Shown: positions 12,176 to 26,011 of the stretch, piece after piece
Layout: every line of letters starts with the position of its first letter
Position numbering within the stretch: the first letter of the stretch is position 1
Assembly (NCBI GenBank): GCA_001179505.1
Contig: CDMY01000624.1
Location: 186,001 to 250,000, forward strand
Direction: 5' to 3'
Source of the DNA: Vitrella brassicaformis CCMP3155
Taxonomy: Eukaryota; Protista; Chromerida
Length of the DNA: 64,000 nucleotides
The notes under the pieces: generated by a model
Told to the model about the DNA's origin: nothing
Database searches by the model: none
What the model saw: the letters and a program-made list of their open reading frames with translations, nothing else
Translations under genes and position numbers: made by a program

Positions 12176-14766
12176 TCAGCCAGCCTCCGACACGACGACA
12201 CGCTGAGCAGCCGCCTGGCTGAGCAGTCGTCTCACTGCAGACAGCACCGTCCGCACGTCGTCCTCACTGATGAATGACCACACAGCAGGCACACACAGAC
12301 ACAGAGACAAACAGAGAGACAGAATGAATGCTCACCTTCCATCCACGAACACGCCCACCGACGCACTCACTCAGTCACCTGATTTGGTAGTGAGTGACAA
12401 TGCGTATCCTCTGCTCGTCCCAGGCGCTCACGCGGATGATGGGCCGCTCGTCCTCTGCGTCGCCACCAACTGGGGCGGCCAGGGCCTCGGCGAGTTTCGG
12501 TGCTGTCATTCTCGGCGGGGTCGTCGACGGATCGAGCCTAAATGGATGGATGGACTCACCCATGGGCAATGTGTGCAGTGCACAGGGTGTGGTGTGTCCT
12601 TGAGACCAACCTGAAGAAGAAGATGTTGGTTTCCACCGAGTCGACATCGACGGACACGCTGAGACCTTCCCCATGCAGTCTGGACAGACCCTGCTCACAC
12701 ACACGCGCGAGTGTGGACACGCACAAGCAGACAGACAGGTGGATGTGTGTGTGTACTGTACGCGGCCTCGTGCCTTCACCCATTGAACTCACTAAACCCA
12801 CCCACCCACTCACCCANNNNNNNNNNNNNNNNNNNNNNNNNNNNNNNNNNNNNNNNNNNNNNNNNNNNNNNNNNNNNNNNNNNNNNNNNNNNNNNNNNNN
12901 NNNNNNNNNNNNNNNNNNNNNNNNNNNNNNNNNNNNNNNNNNNNNNNNNNNNNNNNNNNNNNNNNNNNNNNNNNNNNNNNNNNNNNNNNNNNNNNNNNNN
13001 NNNNNNNNNNNNNNNNNNNNNNNNNNNNNNNNNNNNNNNNNNNNNNNNNNNNNNNNNNNNNNNNNNNNNNNNNNNNNNNNNNNNNNNNNNNNNNNNNNNN
13101 NNNNNNNNNNNNNNNNCCACCCACCCACCCACCTGAGCCAAGAGTCGTGCGTTATGGTGGTCTTGTGTCAGCCTGTGACGCATCTCGCGAAGACTGACTA
13201 GACCAGCTGCAGCGACGATGCCAGCCTGAGAGAGAGAGATGTATGGGCGGGCGATGAACAATGCGTCAAATAATATGATACCCAGTGACCCGGCGCTGTG
13301 TGTGGCTGACCTGCCTCCAGCCCCCACCCAGCACCTTGCGCGCGCGACGGGCCCGCAAAATGAACGCCGAACTGAAGGTAATCGCACAACTATCATCATG
13401 TCACCAAGCAGTTGTTTGTTTGTGTGTTTCATCTCCACTCACCTGCCCACCACGACAGACCCCACGGGCGCCGCCAAGCCCTTGGACAGACAGATGCTCG
13501 CCGAGTCGACATACGACAGCAGCTCCGACGGCTCCACACCCAACTGATTGATGGCATAGGCAGCCTATCCACACGCAAATTGGTAGGGGTGTAAGTGCTT
13601 TTTTACGTGTGCGGCGGCGTTGAAGAGCCTTGCTCCGTCCATGTGCAGGAGAATGCGGTGCGCAGTGGTCAGCTCGCGAAGGGAGTGAAGGAACCCTGCA
13701 CACACAAAGTGCATGGTGGGTGCTGGCCTCCTGTCTGTGAGCATGGACTTGATAGATCGGTCATACCTGTGGGCAGGACACGCCCTCCCGCCTCGTTGTG
13801 TGTGTTCTCGATGCACACCACACGCGTCACCGGCTCGTGAACGTCGTCACACCGGATCTGATACCAACCCGATTGCCAGCACCACATATATCCCTTTCAA
13901 AAAACCCAATGCCAGCCAGCACCATGTACCACATTCCCACTCACCTTGGCATCCACTTCACTCAGGTCAAACGTGCCGTCAGGCCGGTTGCGGACGGTGC
14001 GCGAGTGAATGCCTGACACACATGAGGCCGTGTGTGCAAGGCAGGCAGAGCCGCATTCATTCGCACCACCCGCACCGCATGCCTACCTGCGAGGTGTGCG
14101 ATGCCGCCCTGCTCGTAGAGGTGGATGTGTGACCTGTCGCCGAGAATGACCTCCGCGCCCCTCTCATGGCAGTGACTCATCAAGCTGCTCAGATTTCTGC
14201 TTGATGGACATGCACACACACACGACAGATGCAGACACAACGCATGACGCAACAACGCATGTGGCTGCTTGTTCATATCTGTCTGTGTTGACGCACTCAC
14301 CCCATCGTCCCGGAGGGCACGAACATGGCGGCCTCCTTGCCACACAGCGATGCAGCCTCGCTCTCGAGCTCATTCACAGTCGGATCCTCACCGTAGACAT
14401 CGTCCTGACACAAAGCAGGACATCCGCGCGTGGACGGATGGCATCACACGGCTTCCCCTGCTTACCCCGACTTGCGCAGATGCCATCGCTGTCCGCATCC
14501 TGACAAACAGAGCCGGCACTCGCAAACACACAAGGGCATGAGGACTGATCGGATGCCTGCTGGCTGACACACACACACCTCTCTGTTGGCTCCGTGACGG
14601 TGTCTGAGCGCAGATCGATGACGCGACGATTCGAAGGGTGCCTTCCATGGCTTCCTGCAGCTGACGAGTGGTAGATGCGACGATGGTGGCTGATGTGAGG
14701 AGAAGAACCTTGGCGGATCACGGCTGGCCTGAAGAACCTGCGTACGTCAGAGCGACAGGGAAGCAT
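12176..14766 (-). CDS. GLY1: Low-specificity L-threonine aldolase (PLP-dependent, GLY1/LtaE family); one exon probably in the gap
   Basis: [110 protein letters not shown] (PLP lysine), [20 protein letters not shown]. Confidence 0.93.
12817..13116. other. Assembly gap (300 N) inside the threonine aldolase gene
   Basis: N run counted directly; flanked by (CCAC)n repeats. Confidence 0.99.
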
Positions 14767-15040
14767 CAGATCTCTGTGTCGATGAAGAAAAGGCAAGAAA
14801 GCTGGCCGTCGACGCGGCTATCGCGTCCCGGCCGAACGGGCCTGCTGAATGCATGCTTGTGCATTCTTTCTTCCTGAAGGCAGAGAAGGTGGCTAGTGAG
14901 GAGAGAGCTTCAGAGGTCCTACAGTGAGGTCCTGAAGGTACGCCCGCAATTCACCATGGTTGCAATGGTGCTCTTGCATTTGCGTTCTGACTTTCTCATC
15001 TGCAGGCCTATTTGGCGTCTGATGCGTGATTGATGTATGC

Positions 15041-18000
15041 ATGTGGGAGTTCATTCCGTCGCAGAAGCCGTCGCGCCGCAGCTCACTCCGCCCTCCCCAC
15101 CTCAACCGCTCATCCAGCCTGCCAAACGACCCGCCAGTGCACTCCCCGCCCCGCACTCGGTCGCCTGCACAGCCGTCCTCGCCACAGCAGCGGCAGCTGC
15201 CCATTCCGCCTCCCCCTTCTAACATGATCAACACCAACACCAGCTCAAACAGCCCGCGGCACTCGCTGGGCGACATCAGCCCGGCGTACACCAAAAGTCG
15301 CATCAGCAACCCACCGCCCAGGATACCGCCGCTCGACATTTCACCGATCAGACGGCGCAACACGGGCACCAGCTATGACAGGGTGCGTGCGCTGCATGAG
15401 TCCTACCGAGCACCCGCACCCGTGGCTATGCGGCCTTTTCCGAGGGATGAGGGCAGCAGCATTAACGCCGGTTGGGGAGGGGGAAGGGTGCCTTTCGGTG
15501 ACAGCGAGAGCTCTGCCGCTGCTGCGGGCAGCAGCAGCAGCTACTGGCAGAGGCAGTGCCATGACGAGAGTGACGGTGCCCGTCTGATCCGGCAGCCGAT
15601 GTCGGATTATGGGACGCCTTCTTCGTCCTTCTCGCCTGGTGGTGAAAGGGGTATGTTGCTGGCTGACGGTGAGGGGGAGGGGGAGGGAGGGGGAGAGGGG
15701 GAGGGTGATGTCTACAGGGGAGGGATAGGCGATCCTGCGATGCGGTCGTTCACGCTGGATGAGAAGGGCTTTCGCGAGGCGCAGAGGCTCCTGCAGATGC
15801 ACGCACACACGGTGAGAAGGACAATATGGTTTGCATGCAGCATTAAAGGCCCTCCCGATGTGCGATGTGTGCGTGCGTATGTGATGGGTGTAGACTGACC
15901 CGATGGTGCTGTATCGGCTGGTGTATGACCTCCTGCGGCTGGTTGGATTGGGGTTCATGATCCCGAGGATCGTGACGATAGGCCAGCAGAGCGACGGCAA
16001 GACCACCTTTCTCGAGGCCATGTTGCGACTCTGCTTCGGATACACAAGGTGAAAGGGGAAAGGAGAGGACACCGTGAGGCGCATATTCGGTCTTGATGTC
16101 TTTTGCTGTTTTTGTTGTTGTCTCCGTCCCTTGTAGGAACGGTGCTGCGGCGACCAAAGGACCTGTTCGGTGAGACATGCAGATTTGTCCGACACTCACT
16201 GGCTTTATGTAGGTATCGGCCATCCGTCCCTCCATCCATTCATCTGTCTATTGCAGCATCGATGTCAAGAATGACGAGTCGAGCCCCACACCTCGGTGCC
16301 AACTCAACCAGGAACACATACGACTCGCAGGTAGGTAGCAGGTGGTCAGGCAGCAATCACTGCACAAATCAAACATCTCCTGTGTCTGTGTGTGTGTGTG
16401 TGAGTCAGCGATCCAGGGTCGTATGCGCGAGTTGATGGAGCATCGGTCGCTGAGCAAGGAGGAGACACACCTCGAGATCAGCTACAGCGGGGCACCCAAC
16501 CTCATGTGCGTTGATTTGCCTGGCATTGTGCAGGAGACCGGAGACACCACGAGGGAAGACGTGGAACTCACCATGTACTCACTGCCTCCCTCCCTGCACT
16601 TTGATGGACGCACTGACGCTGTTTTGTTTGGTGTTGGCTGTCCACGTGTGTCTGCAGGGATGTGGTGCGTCATTATGTGCGCCACTCGCCCAACGACCTC
16701 TATCTGGTGTTCAAACGGGCTGATGTAGACCCTGGTATGCGGCCGGATGGACGGGCAAGATGGCATTCTCGCGCACTGGTGTGTGTCATTTGTCTGTTTC
16801 AGGCACGTGGCCAATCCATGACTTCATCCAGGTGACCAACAGAGGACCGGCATGGATGGATGGATGGACACGGGCACTCTCGGTGCATGTGTGTGTTTGC
16901 ATCAGAGTTTGGGTCTGCACCGCGAACAGACGATTGTCGCGTGCACCCGGGCAGAGAACTTCCTGAGGGAGAACAGGGTGATTTACAAGACGGAGCTGCT
17001 GAAGCTGATAAAACAGAAACGCGTCCACGACTGCTCAGGCGAACCGGTTCGCCTGCATGCAGACAGACACACACACACGGGCAGGCCGCCCCCCCATCTC
17101 CCTATGTGCCAGATCCCGATGTACTTTGTTGAGCTGCACAACCTCTCTGACCAGGAGAAGGCTCTGCCATTCGCCGAACGGTACGCCTGGCGCACACAAA
17201 AGGCCGCCATGCCATTCCCTTTCTGTGTGTGAATGGTCGGTCGGTCGGTCGCATTCTTGAAATGAGTTCCAGGACGGCCGTGATGGAGGGCCAGTTGGCT
17301 GCCCGCCGGCTCGACATTCTCGATCGTCTGAACAAGCTGGAGGTGAGCAGCAGAGCACCGCCGAGCAGAGGTGACACGTCCATGCATCCCTTCTGCTGGC
17401 GTGCAGAATGGTGCTGCGACTGATGAGGACACGACTGAGCTGTACCGATATTTCGATGTGGAGGTGAGCTTAATTGACACCATGATGCGCAGTGTTGATT
17501 TATGATATGCCTTCTGTGTCGCCCCTGTCTGCAGTCGCTTGAGGCGCACCTCAACGCCACTTTCCGCCGGCTGCTGCTGCGGCAGCTGCACGCACTCAAG
17601 GCACACACACACCATACACACTCGTGAAGGAATCCCCCCTCTCTCTCTGTGTGTGGTGCAGTCTAGCTTGACATCTCTGTTGAATGAGTTGACCAGCCGG
17701 CATCAAGTGATGACTCGTCAGATGGAGAAGATCGCACCCTTGACGCTCGGGGACCTCATCGAACGCATTGTCGACCTCCTCGACGACACAGCACAGGCAG
17801 AACCCACACACAGAGACATACACACATGATGATTGCGTGAATGTCGCTTCTCTTTCTTTGTGTGTGCGTCTGTGTGTATGTCTTTGAGTCCAGAAGCTGT
17901 TCAACGGCGAGCATCCGCTGATGACAGAGGCCTTCATCGCGCAGCACGGCGCGAGGCTAGAGGACGATCTCGGGTCAGCCCTACCGCACTCACCACCCTC

Positions 18001-20321
18001 CACTTGTGTTGGGCACTGTGCCGTTGTCCATCCATCAGCCACGGCGAAGACCTGGCCCGGCGCATCTTTCGCCAATACGACACCAGCCGCCCTGTCAGTG
18101 AGACATGACGCACAGACAAAAAGGGACACTCGTCGTGCTGTGCCATCCATACCATGGCAGGCTGAGCTGTCGAGCGGCATCAGTCGTGTGACGACCTTTG
18201 ACACCAAACTCATCACGCGACTCGCCATGAACAGGGTCTGCCAATTCCTCAAGGTGAACCGACACCGACAAACAAAGCGAGACGCGGGGCGATACTGATG
18301 GTGGACGTCTGGGTGTGTGTGCAGGAGAAGATTGACGACCTCGAGCCAGAGCTGCGATGCACCAAGGTCTGCCGCGCACACAAATCAGCTGCTCTCTCTT
18401 TTATGCCTGTCTGTGCGTGTGTGTGTGTGTGTGTGAAGGACTATCTGCTGAACAAGCTGGGTGCAGTGCGTGGCGTGCTCGACTCCTACTCGGTCAAGTC
18501 GATGCTCCCGGAGCTCGTCAGACACACCACCAGAGGACCGCTCACACAGCTGGCCTTCCTCAGTGCCGCGACTGCAGGCAAACCTAAGATCAACATGTGC
18601 ATGATATCCACATGAAGTGGATGCACGTGTGTGTGTTTGTCCTGCAGCTGCCGTGCTCCAGCGCGTGCTGCAGGCTGCCCTGGAGCTGGTCGAGAAACGG
18701 CTGCTGCAAGACCCACACAAGTAAATCATGACCAACCGAGGTCACCTCTGCACACACCATATGTCTGTATGTGTGTGTGTGCCCATTGGCAGGAGCCACA
18801 TGTTGTTCCTGCTGGAGAACACTTCATTCGTGTTCGCCGTCCAGAAGGCGTGTGCCGACCATGCCGTCCGCAAGGCCGCCGCCTGCGCAAAGGCCATGGT
18901 CCAAGACATACACGAACAAGTACACACACACATGCCAGCATTGCCGTGTCCCTCCCTCCCTCCCTCCCTCCCTCCCTCTCGCTCTCTCTCCGTCTCTTCC
19001 GCATCACCAGACCACAGCAATCCGTTTCGGCGTCCTCGAGAACATCTACAGCGTCGTGGATGCATTCGAGCGGCGACGCGACGCCCGCCACCTCATCTCG
19101 GTTGAGTCGCCGGCGCGCCGCATCGCCGACGGCAGCGATGGCTCACTAAGGCGAAGGCGTGATAGAGTGGTGCGGACGCCGTCTCCGTCTCGACGGCAGG
19201 TTGTGGCGGGTGGTGACACCGATGAGGAGTCGGGCAAAGTTGATGTGGTGGCACAGGAGGTCAGTGGGGCCATATTCAATCAGGGCGGAGGGGAGGATGG
19301 ATTGCCTGTGCTGTGCTGTGTGTGTGTGTGTGTGTGTGTCTCCGTCCCTGCACACCCAGGCCACGAGCTGTCTCGTGTACAGTGTTCGTGACCGCACCAA
19401 CGAGCGACAGAAACAGCTCAACATCGTCCACGAAGTGACAGACAGACACATACGAAAGAGGAAAGAGCCTTGACGCATTTTATTCACTCTGTGTCGCTGT
19501 GGCTTTCCATCATAGGGTGCGTTGCCTGAGGAGATGATATATGAGGAGGTCCGGACGCAGTTCCACATTGTCAAGGCGCTCGTAGCCGTGCAGCTCCAGG
19601 TAGCTCAGGCCAAAAGACAACACACACACACACACACACCACACCGCACCCCACCAGTCGCGTGTCTCTCTCTGTGTGCCATGAGTGCAGGTGAAGATGT
19701 ACGTGTATCTGTTCCAGGATATCTGTGAGGGGGGAGACGACAACACAGAGGGATACCCATTCGCCACACTCAGGTGAGGAGGAAGTGAAAAGAGGATACA
19801 TGCATGTGCTGTGGGTGGGTGGGTGGATGGATGGATGCCTGTGTGCCCCGCACAGCGAGGAGCTCAAGTCGTCCCTCCTCTATCAGCCAACCATCGACAC
19901 TGATGACACACACGTAACCTTCAAACAAGGGCGGAAGAGACACCCGACACGACTCATGGACGACGCGTGTGTCACGGGGTGTGTGTGTGTGTGGTGTTGG
20001 TTGTCGCAGGGCGGCGACTTTCACCGGCCGCCGCAGAGAGAGAGCCCGGTCAGCCAGCACCAAAATCCCCACAATTCACTGCTCCTTTCTCTGCTTCTGC
20101 AGGTTCGCAAGCGGACGGACAGCGACTACCTGCGTGACTTCGGCCTTGACTCGATGCAGTCGCAGCTTGCACAGAGGATACAGGCCACCGCACAGGAGCT
20201 GGCGTACGTCAGAGAGGCGCTCAAGCACCTGGGCCGCCTCATGGTGGCAATGCAGACGGCGCCCATCGACTTTTTCCGACTGCACATCAACCGCAGATGC
20301 GCTGGCGACACGGACAACTGA
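15041..20321 (+). CDS. Dynamin-related GTPase of the DRP5/ARC5/DrpC class with a long S/P/R-rich N-terminal extension
   Basis: Phase-consistent exons give IPRIVTIGQQSDGKTTFLEAM (G1), AATKGPV (G2 Thr), PNLMCVDLPG (G3) and VACTRAEN (G4 position), then helical middle/GED-like exons ending RRCAGDTDN*. Confidence 0.85.
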
Positions 20322-20484
20322 GTGAGTGAGTGGGGGAGTGAATGAAGCAAGGCAAGAGAGAGAGCGACCGACCGATGAGTTGAAGTGGGATGAGTCTGCA
20401 CACGTACACGCATTGATCATATGGAATATGCACACACACGTCCCATACACCCGCACGTCCACTATGCATCATGGATCACGTCAC

Positions 20485-22280
20485 TCACAGCAGCGAGTAG
20501 GGTGAGGATCGGGCCGAGGACACGCACGGCTCCTCTGTCGACCGGCTGTACACGTGTCTGCCGCCCACACCCGCCAATGGCCGCACACGCGCAGACTGAC
20601 ACACCAACCTGACACACACACACATCAACCGTCAAACCCGGCCGGAGGGCGGAAGTATGTCTGCCCACGTACCGCTTGCCAGGCAGCTGTGCAGGCGGCA
20701 AGTGCGGGTAGAGGTGCAGTCCGCTCAGAGTGGGGAAGGGCTGGGGACCGAGTAGCTGTCCATCGGCATTAGGCTCTGCCAGCCGTGCCGCGTACCTCCA
20801 CCGCACAAACGCCCTCACTACTCGGCCGTCCACCGCACACTCAGACCCGCGATAAGGCAGCTGCAGCACACATCATATGCACACCACAAGCGTTGAAAAG
20901 GCTTCTGCTGCATCTGTGAGGTTACCCTTATTTGCCGGCCTTCCCTCTGCCCGTTGTCTGAGTGTGCGGCCAACACATTGCGCATCAGAGCGATAAGAGA
21001 TCTCTGCACACACACATAAATGGGAGACAGACGACATCGATGTGCTTCCGCTCGTTTCCTTCCCGTGTGCGCACCCTAATGAGTGCCCCGCGGTAGTGCG
21101 CTACAGCCACCTCCCTCAACGCGCGGCTCCTGACACACACACAGACACGCAGAAATGATGCGAGTTCGCGACCTCGCCCACCCTTCACCCGCCATCCATC
21201 CATCCATCCATGCATCTAGCCACCCACCTGACCACTCCGATGAGTGCCTTCACTCGCCGAAAGGCAACCTCCACCTTCATGGGCAGCAGCAGCCTCTCCC
21301 AGCCATGCCGCACCACACCACCCACCAGACGCACCAGCAACACGGGCAGAGCGGACACGGGCAGAGCGCCGCGACAAGAACGTCGGCTGCCTGCCGAGCG
21401 GCGGGCGAAGCGCCGGAAAGCATGGCGCAGCCGAAGAGAGTACGCCAGCACACGGAAGGCCCGCCGCTCGCGAGAAGAGCTGATAGGTGGAAGCGAAGAA
21501 GCAGCAGGGTCGTTTCCATTTAGTGATGCTGGGTGGGTGGCTTCGTACCTTGCCCATTGAACAAGAGCCTGGTGTGAGCCCTTGCATCTGTAGAATCGGG
21601 CGGCCACCTCACATAGCCGGTCCATAATGAGGTCGTCACTCATATCTAAACCCCTGCCCGGACCCGAGTCCAGATCCACAGGGACGTGGCCATTATCCAG
21701 TGACCCTGACAGACAGGTATGGACACACAAGCCTCCAGCCATGTCAGGCGGACATCATCTCGCACTCACCTTCTGCCATGCGGCAGGTGCGCTCAGTCAC
21801 CCATCCGCGCGACACTCCCTCACCACCCCAACTCACATGGCCGCCAGGCCTGACGACCTCTCGCCGCTCTTCCCTTCTCTCGCTGCTCAGGCTGGGTACT
21901 CTCACACACGTCGGCACTCCACCACCACCCCGCTGCTCGCAGCCCCTCGTTGGCCATCTGCCGTCGTCGATGACACATCGGTTCAGGACTGGCGGGGCGT
22001 GCGGCTGGGGGATGCCGCTCCCGTGGTTCATGTTGCTGGGGGCAGCCATGCTGGCGTTGGCCCTGCGGAGGGGCGACGGTGGTGGGTCATGGGGCTGCTG
22101 CTGAATGCGCACCACACTCAAGTCTGAAGGACGGCGGCGCCGATTGAGCGAAAGGGCTCTGAAGGCTCGGCGCTGTGCCAGCTGCTGGTAGTGCCGTTCG
22201 GCGAGCCGCACTGCAGTGTCCATCCACTGCATCTCCACCTCGCGAATCTCATCTGACAGAGAGAGAGATGAAAAGCCCAT
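20485..22280 (-). CDS. Hypothetical Arg-rich protein with recurrent (R/K)AFxx(L/W) helices
   Basis: ATG 22280; large exons 21840-22280 and 21230-21720 plus smaller GT-AG exons; final exon ..SSPYSLL*. No confident family. Confidence 0.55.
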
Positions 22281-22737
22281 GCATCAAGCGCTCGATTGTT
22301 GTCCTGCCGTACCTACCGAGCACGTCAGGGGCTATCGACAGGGCTGCGGGAGTGGGTTCCAGATCGAGAAGGCAGCGAGATCTATAATTGCCGAAATATC
22401 CATCGTTCCGCTTGGAGGGCCGAGCGATTGGCGATGGCAGAGCCAACTGAGCTTCCCTCATGCCTCCCTCTTCCACTTTTCCCTCAGCCGCAGTAGCGGT
22501 TTCACGGAGCCCTAGCGGGATTGCGAGCTTGTGTGAGGCGGTGGGCTGTCTACCTGTCCTTTCGCCTTATCTCTGCTCGCACTAGCCGTTCTTTGGAAGA
22601 TAGAGATGCCCTTCTCTCGTATGTGCCGAAAAACCTCTCGGTCAACGGACCCTTGAGGTTACCGGCCTCTCTCGCGCGCCTCACCGTCTTATCCGTTCGG
22701 CCGTCCGTCAGACCGTTTGTGCGTCAGTGAGCCGGTC

Positions 22738-24413
22738 ATGGTCATGTTGTCGCTATCTCGGGTGTTTCGGTGCGCGATGCAGCGCAACCCGTCGCAGAAC
22801 ATGGTGTACCATGACCTGGGTATCAAGGCTGCGCAGTCGCTCGTCACCATCAAACCCAGGACGTTCATAGAACTCGGGGAACAATCGCTCAAGGTGAGAA
22901 GGAGATGAAAGATAGTTATTGTCGGGCCGGGCCGGGTCGTATGTCGCTCCTATGTACGTGTGTGCGTGTGTCTGTGTGCAGGCGACTAGAGAGTTTCTCT
23001 CCGATCAGCTGGCTGTCAAGTTCGCACGGCGGCTGGTGAGGACGCCAGGGCAGCGGCAACACACTCGCCTTCAGTGCACTAGATCGCATCCCCCTGGCTG
23101 CATGTGCTGTGCTGCCCTGCCTTTCTCTCTGTCAGGATCTTTTCGAGACCCTGCCTGCCCTGATGCCCTACATCGACCGGGGCCTCCTCGGCAGTGTGCG
23201 GCAGGACTACCTCGACTGGTTCCAGCGCATTCGCGACCCTGCTGTGGCCAAGGAGCCCGACAACTTCGCCGCCACACTCGACTTCCTGCGCCATAGGCAC
23301 CATGACGCTGTTTCGCGGACTGTCTGGGGTGAGCCAATTGAGGGAGAGAGAATGAGAGGGAGGGAAAGATGCGCGTCTATGTGTGTGTGTGTGTGCACAG
23401 GTGTGCGTGAGATTCTGCGCAAGAACGGGGAGCGACTTCGGTCGGGCGACAGCGATGTGGAGGCGTATGCGGCTGAGGAGCAGCTGCAGCACTTCCTCAC
23501 CGACCTCTTCAAGAAATACATTCGGTTCGAGCTCGTCATGAACCACTACCTCCTCGCAAGACAGAGCGGCGACAGCACCGCTATCCTCAACAAGGGTTCG
23601 CTCAGGGACACTATCGGCATAGCTCTCGACAACTCCACCGGCCTGTGCAGGGTGTGCAGACACACTCAGACAGACGCACATCACCCACACACACATCTGT
23701 GTGTGTGATTGGTTCAGACGCGCCGTGGCTTCAGTCCCAATGTAGATGTGCAGACGTCGACGCCAGCCGTGCTGACCACGCCCACGCCCCACTTCCGCCG
23801 ACCCATCCACTATGTGACCCAGGTAGGCACCGTACTCACAACACAGGCAGACGACGGCTGCTCCACCCATTCACCAATCTGTGCGTGTGTGGGCGTGTGT
23901 GTGTGTGCGTGTGTGTGTGCAGGAGTTGTTGAAGAACGCTCTGCGTGCCACGGTGGAGAGCGCGAAGTACAGTGGGAATGGGCAGGCGTCGTATCCGTCT
24001 GTGAGGCTCGAGTGCGACGCGACGGCCGAGGGGGGGTATATGGTGCGGGTAACTGACAGGGGGGACGGCATCAACAAAGAAGCCATGGACAAGGTGAGAT
24101 GAATGAAGGATCCCACACCAATCCCCACACTCTCTCGTTCGTCCATCATCCACCCACCCACTTCGTGTGCGCCTTGTCATGTCATGCATCTCTCATCACT
24201 CAGGTGTGGTCCTTTCTCTACACGACGGCCGAGTTCCCCCCCGACCTGACATACGAGACGTGGAAGCGCGAGCCCAAGCTGGCGGGATTCGGTTGCGGCC
24301 TGCCGATCAGCCGGCTGTACGCCAACTTCCTCGGCGGCGACCTGACGCTGGAGTCCACCGAGGGCAAGGGCACGCAGGCGACGCTCACACTCCCCCCTCT
24401 CGTCATTCGGTGA
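22738..24413 (+). CDS. PDK: Pyruvate/branched-chain ketoacid dehydrogenase kinase family (PDK/BCKDK, GHKL fold)
   Basis: [12 protein letters not shown] (N box), [10 protein letters not shown] (G1 box), [39 protein letters not shown] (G2/G3). N-terminus [16 protein letters not shown] resembles a presequence. PDK versus BCKDK not resolved. Confidence 0.9.
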
Positions 24414-26011
24414 CAGCTCAGGGGGTGGGCGGGGTGGGTATTCTAGGGGGAAGGGATTGGGCGTTTTTAGTGGTGGCTGACGTCGTGGTGGCAGTGCGGT
24501 GCATGTAGGTAGCCGGCCGTGGCATATTGCTCTTACTCCTTTTGTGTGTGTGTGTGCATACTTGCGTGTGTGGATGTGTACACAGACAGACATTGACCGA
24601 TGGACTGGCTGATCTGGCTGACTGATGGCAATGGGTTGACTGACTGACGGCATGGTGGGTGGTGGGGCGGGCGCACAAACAATGAACAGGGCGAGGGGAG
24701 GTCGGGTGAGGTGGGGTCGTTTTGTTGGGTGTTGGCTGCGGGAGGGGTCTTTTTGGTGAGGGGTGTGGGGCGGGCGGGTGTATAGGTGTGCACATGTACC
24801 CGTTTGTATTGCTAACTAAGGTGAAGCAGACAGAGACAGAGACTCCTCGTGCTGCTGCTGCTGCTGCCTGCCGATGCCGATGGCTGGCTGGCAGTGATGA
24901 ATCAATGGATCGCCCTTTTTCGGTTATCGCTCATACGATTCGGATCGGACCCTCTCGCTGACTTGTGCGTGCGTGTGTGCTTGATGCGTGAAGACCTCCT
25001 TCTTAACCATCCTGGTGCGTTTATATCTCTCTCCCTCCCTCTCTCTGCGTGTCTCTGAGTGACTGGCAACCTGATTTGCAGAGAGACAGACAGCCAGACA
25101 GAGAGCCGGACAGCCAGAAGGAATCATCGCTACTGGCCGTTGTGCAGTAAGTACCGTGTTATAATTGGAGTCGTACGTGTTTGTGTACAGAGTATAAAAG
25201 TACCCGTACATAGAGACGCGTACGTGCGGGTGTGGTGTGGGTCTCTGTCGGTGTGGGAGAAGGCAATGAAGGAGTGCAACAACCCTGGCCTGCTCGACGC
25301 AGCCATCGTCTGGGTCGTTATGGCCCTTCTTTGTCTGCTCACACACAGACAAAGCCCACTGCCTGCCTGGTGTGTATACCTGAGTAAACCTGACTGACTT
25401 GACCGAAAGCATCTTAGCGCTCATGTTCCCCTCCCTCCCTGTCCCCTACAACCTGACTGACGTGATGTGACGTGTCGTCTCGTCTCTTGATGTACAGCTG
25501 GATGTCATCGTATATATAGCTGCTGTGGATGGATGGATGGACTCACTCAGTGTGTATTTGTCAGACAGACGGGCGGGGGGGCGGCGAGGCAGGCAGGGAT
25601 CGGAGGGACGTGTGTGTATGTATATCGTTCATACATATGGCAATGGGCAATGGCAGCACCTGAGCCAGGGGAGCTGTGTGCGTGCATGTGTGTGTGCCGG
25701 TCTCTGACTGGTCATCGAAGCACATGGATGCCTTTTTTCGTGTCAATTCGCTTCTTTGTTTTGCGCGCCAACCTCAGCTACGTATCTATCGCAGCCATTT
25801 CTGGGTGCATTCATGTGCAATGTGTATGTGTGTGTGTGTGTGCGGGAGAGGGCGGGTGGGTGGTGTGACCAAATCTCTTGCTGCCAGCTGAAAGGGACTT
25901 CATTCATCGCCTTGATAGTCAGGTGTGTGCATTTGTGTGTGGACCGAGAGGAAGTGACACCGGGTGCATAGAACGGTCACTTGTCATTTTACATCGGGAA
26001 GAAGTGCACAC

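Noticed and set aside
25059-25397. Small ORF (RNHRYWPLCSK..VWEKAMKECNNPGLLDAAIVW) as a gene
   Set aside because: No ATG start, no recognisable motif and no consistent exon chain; cannot be supported without RNA data.
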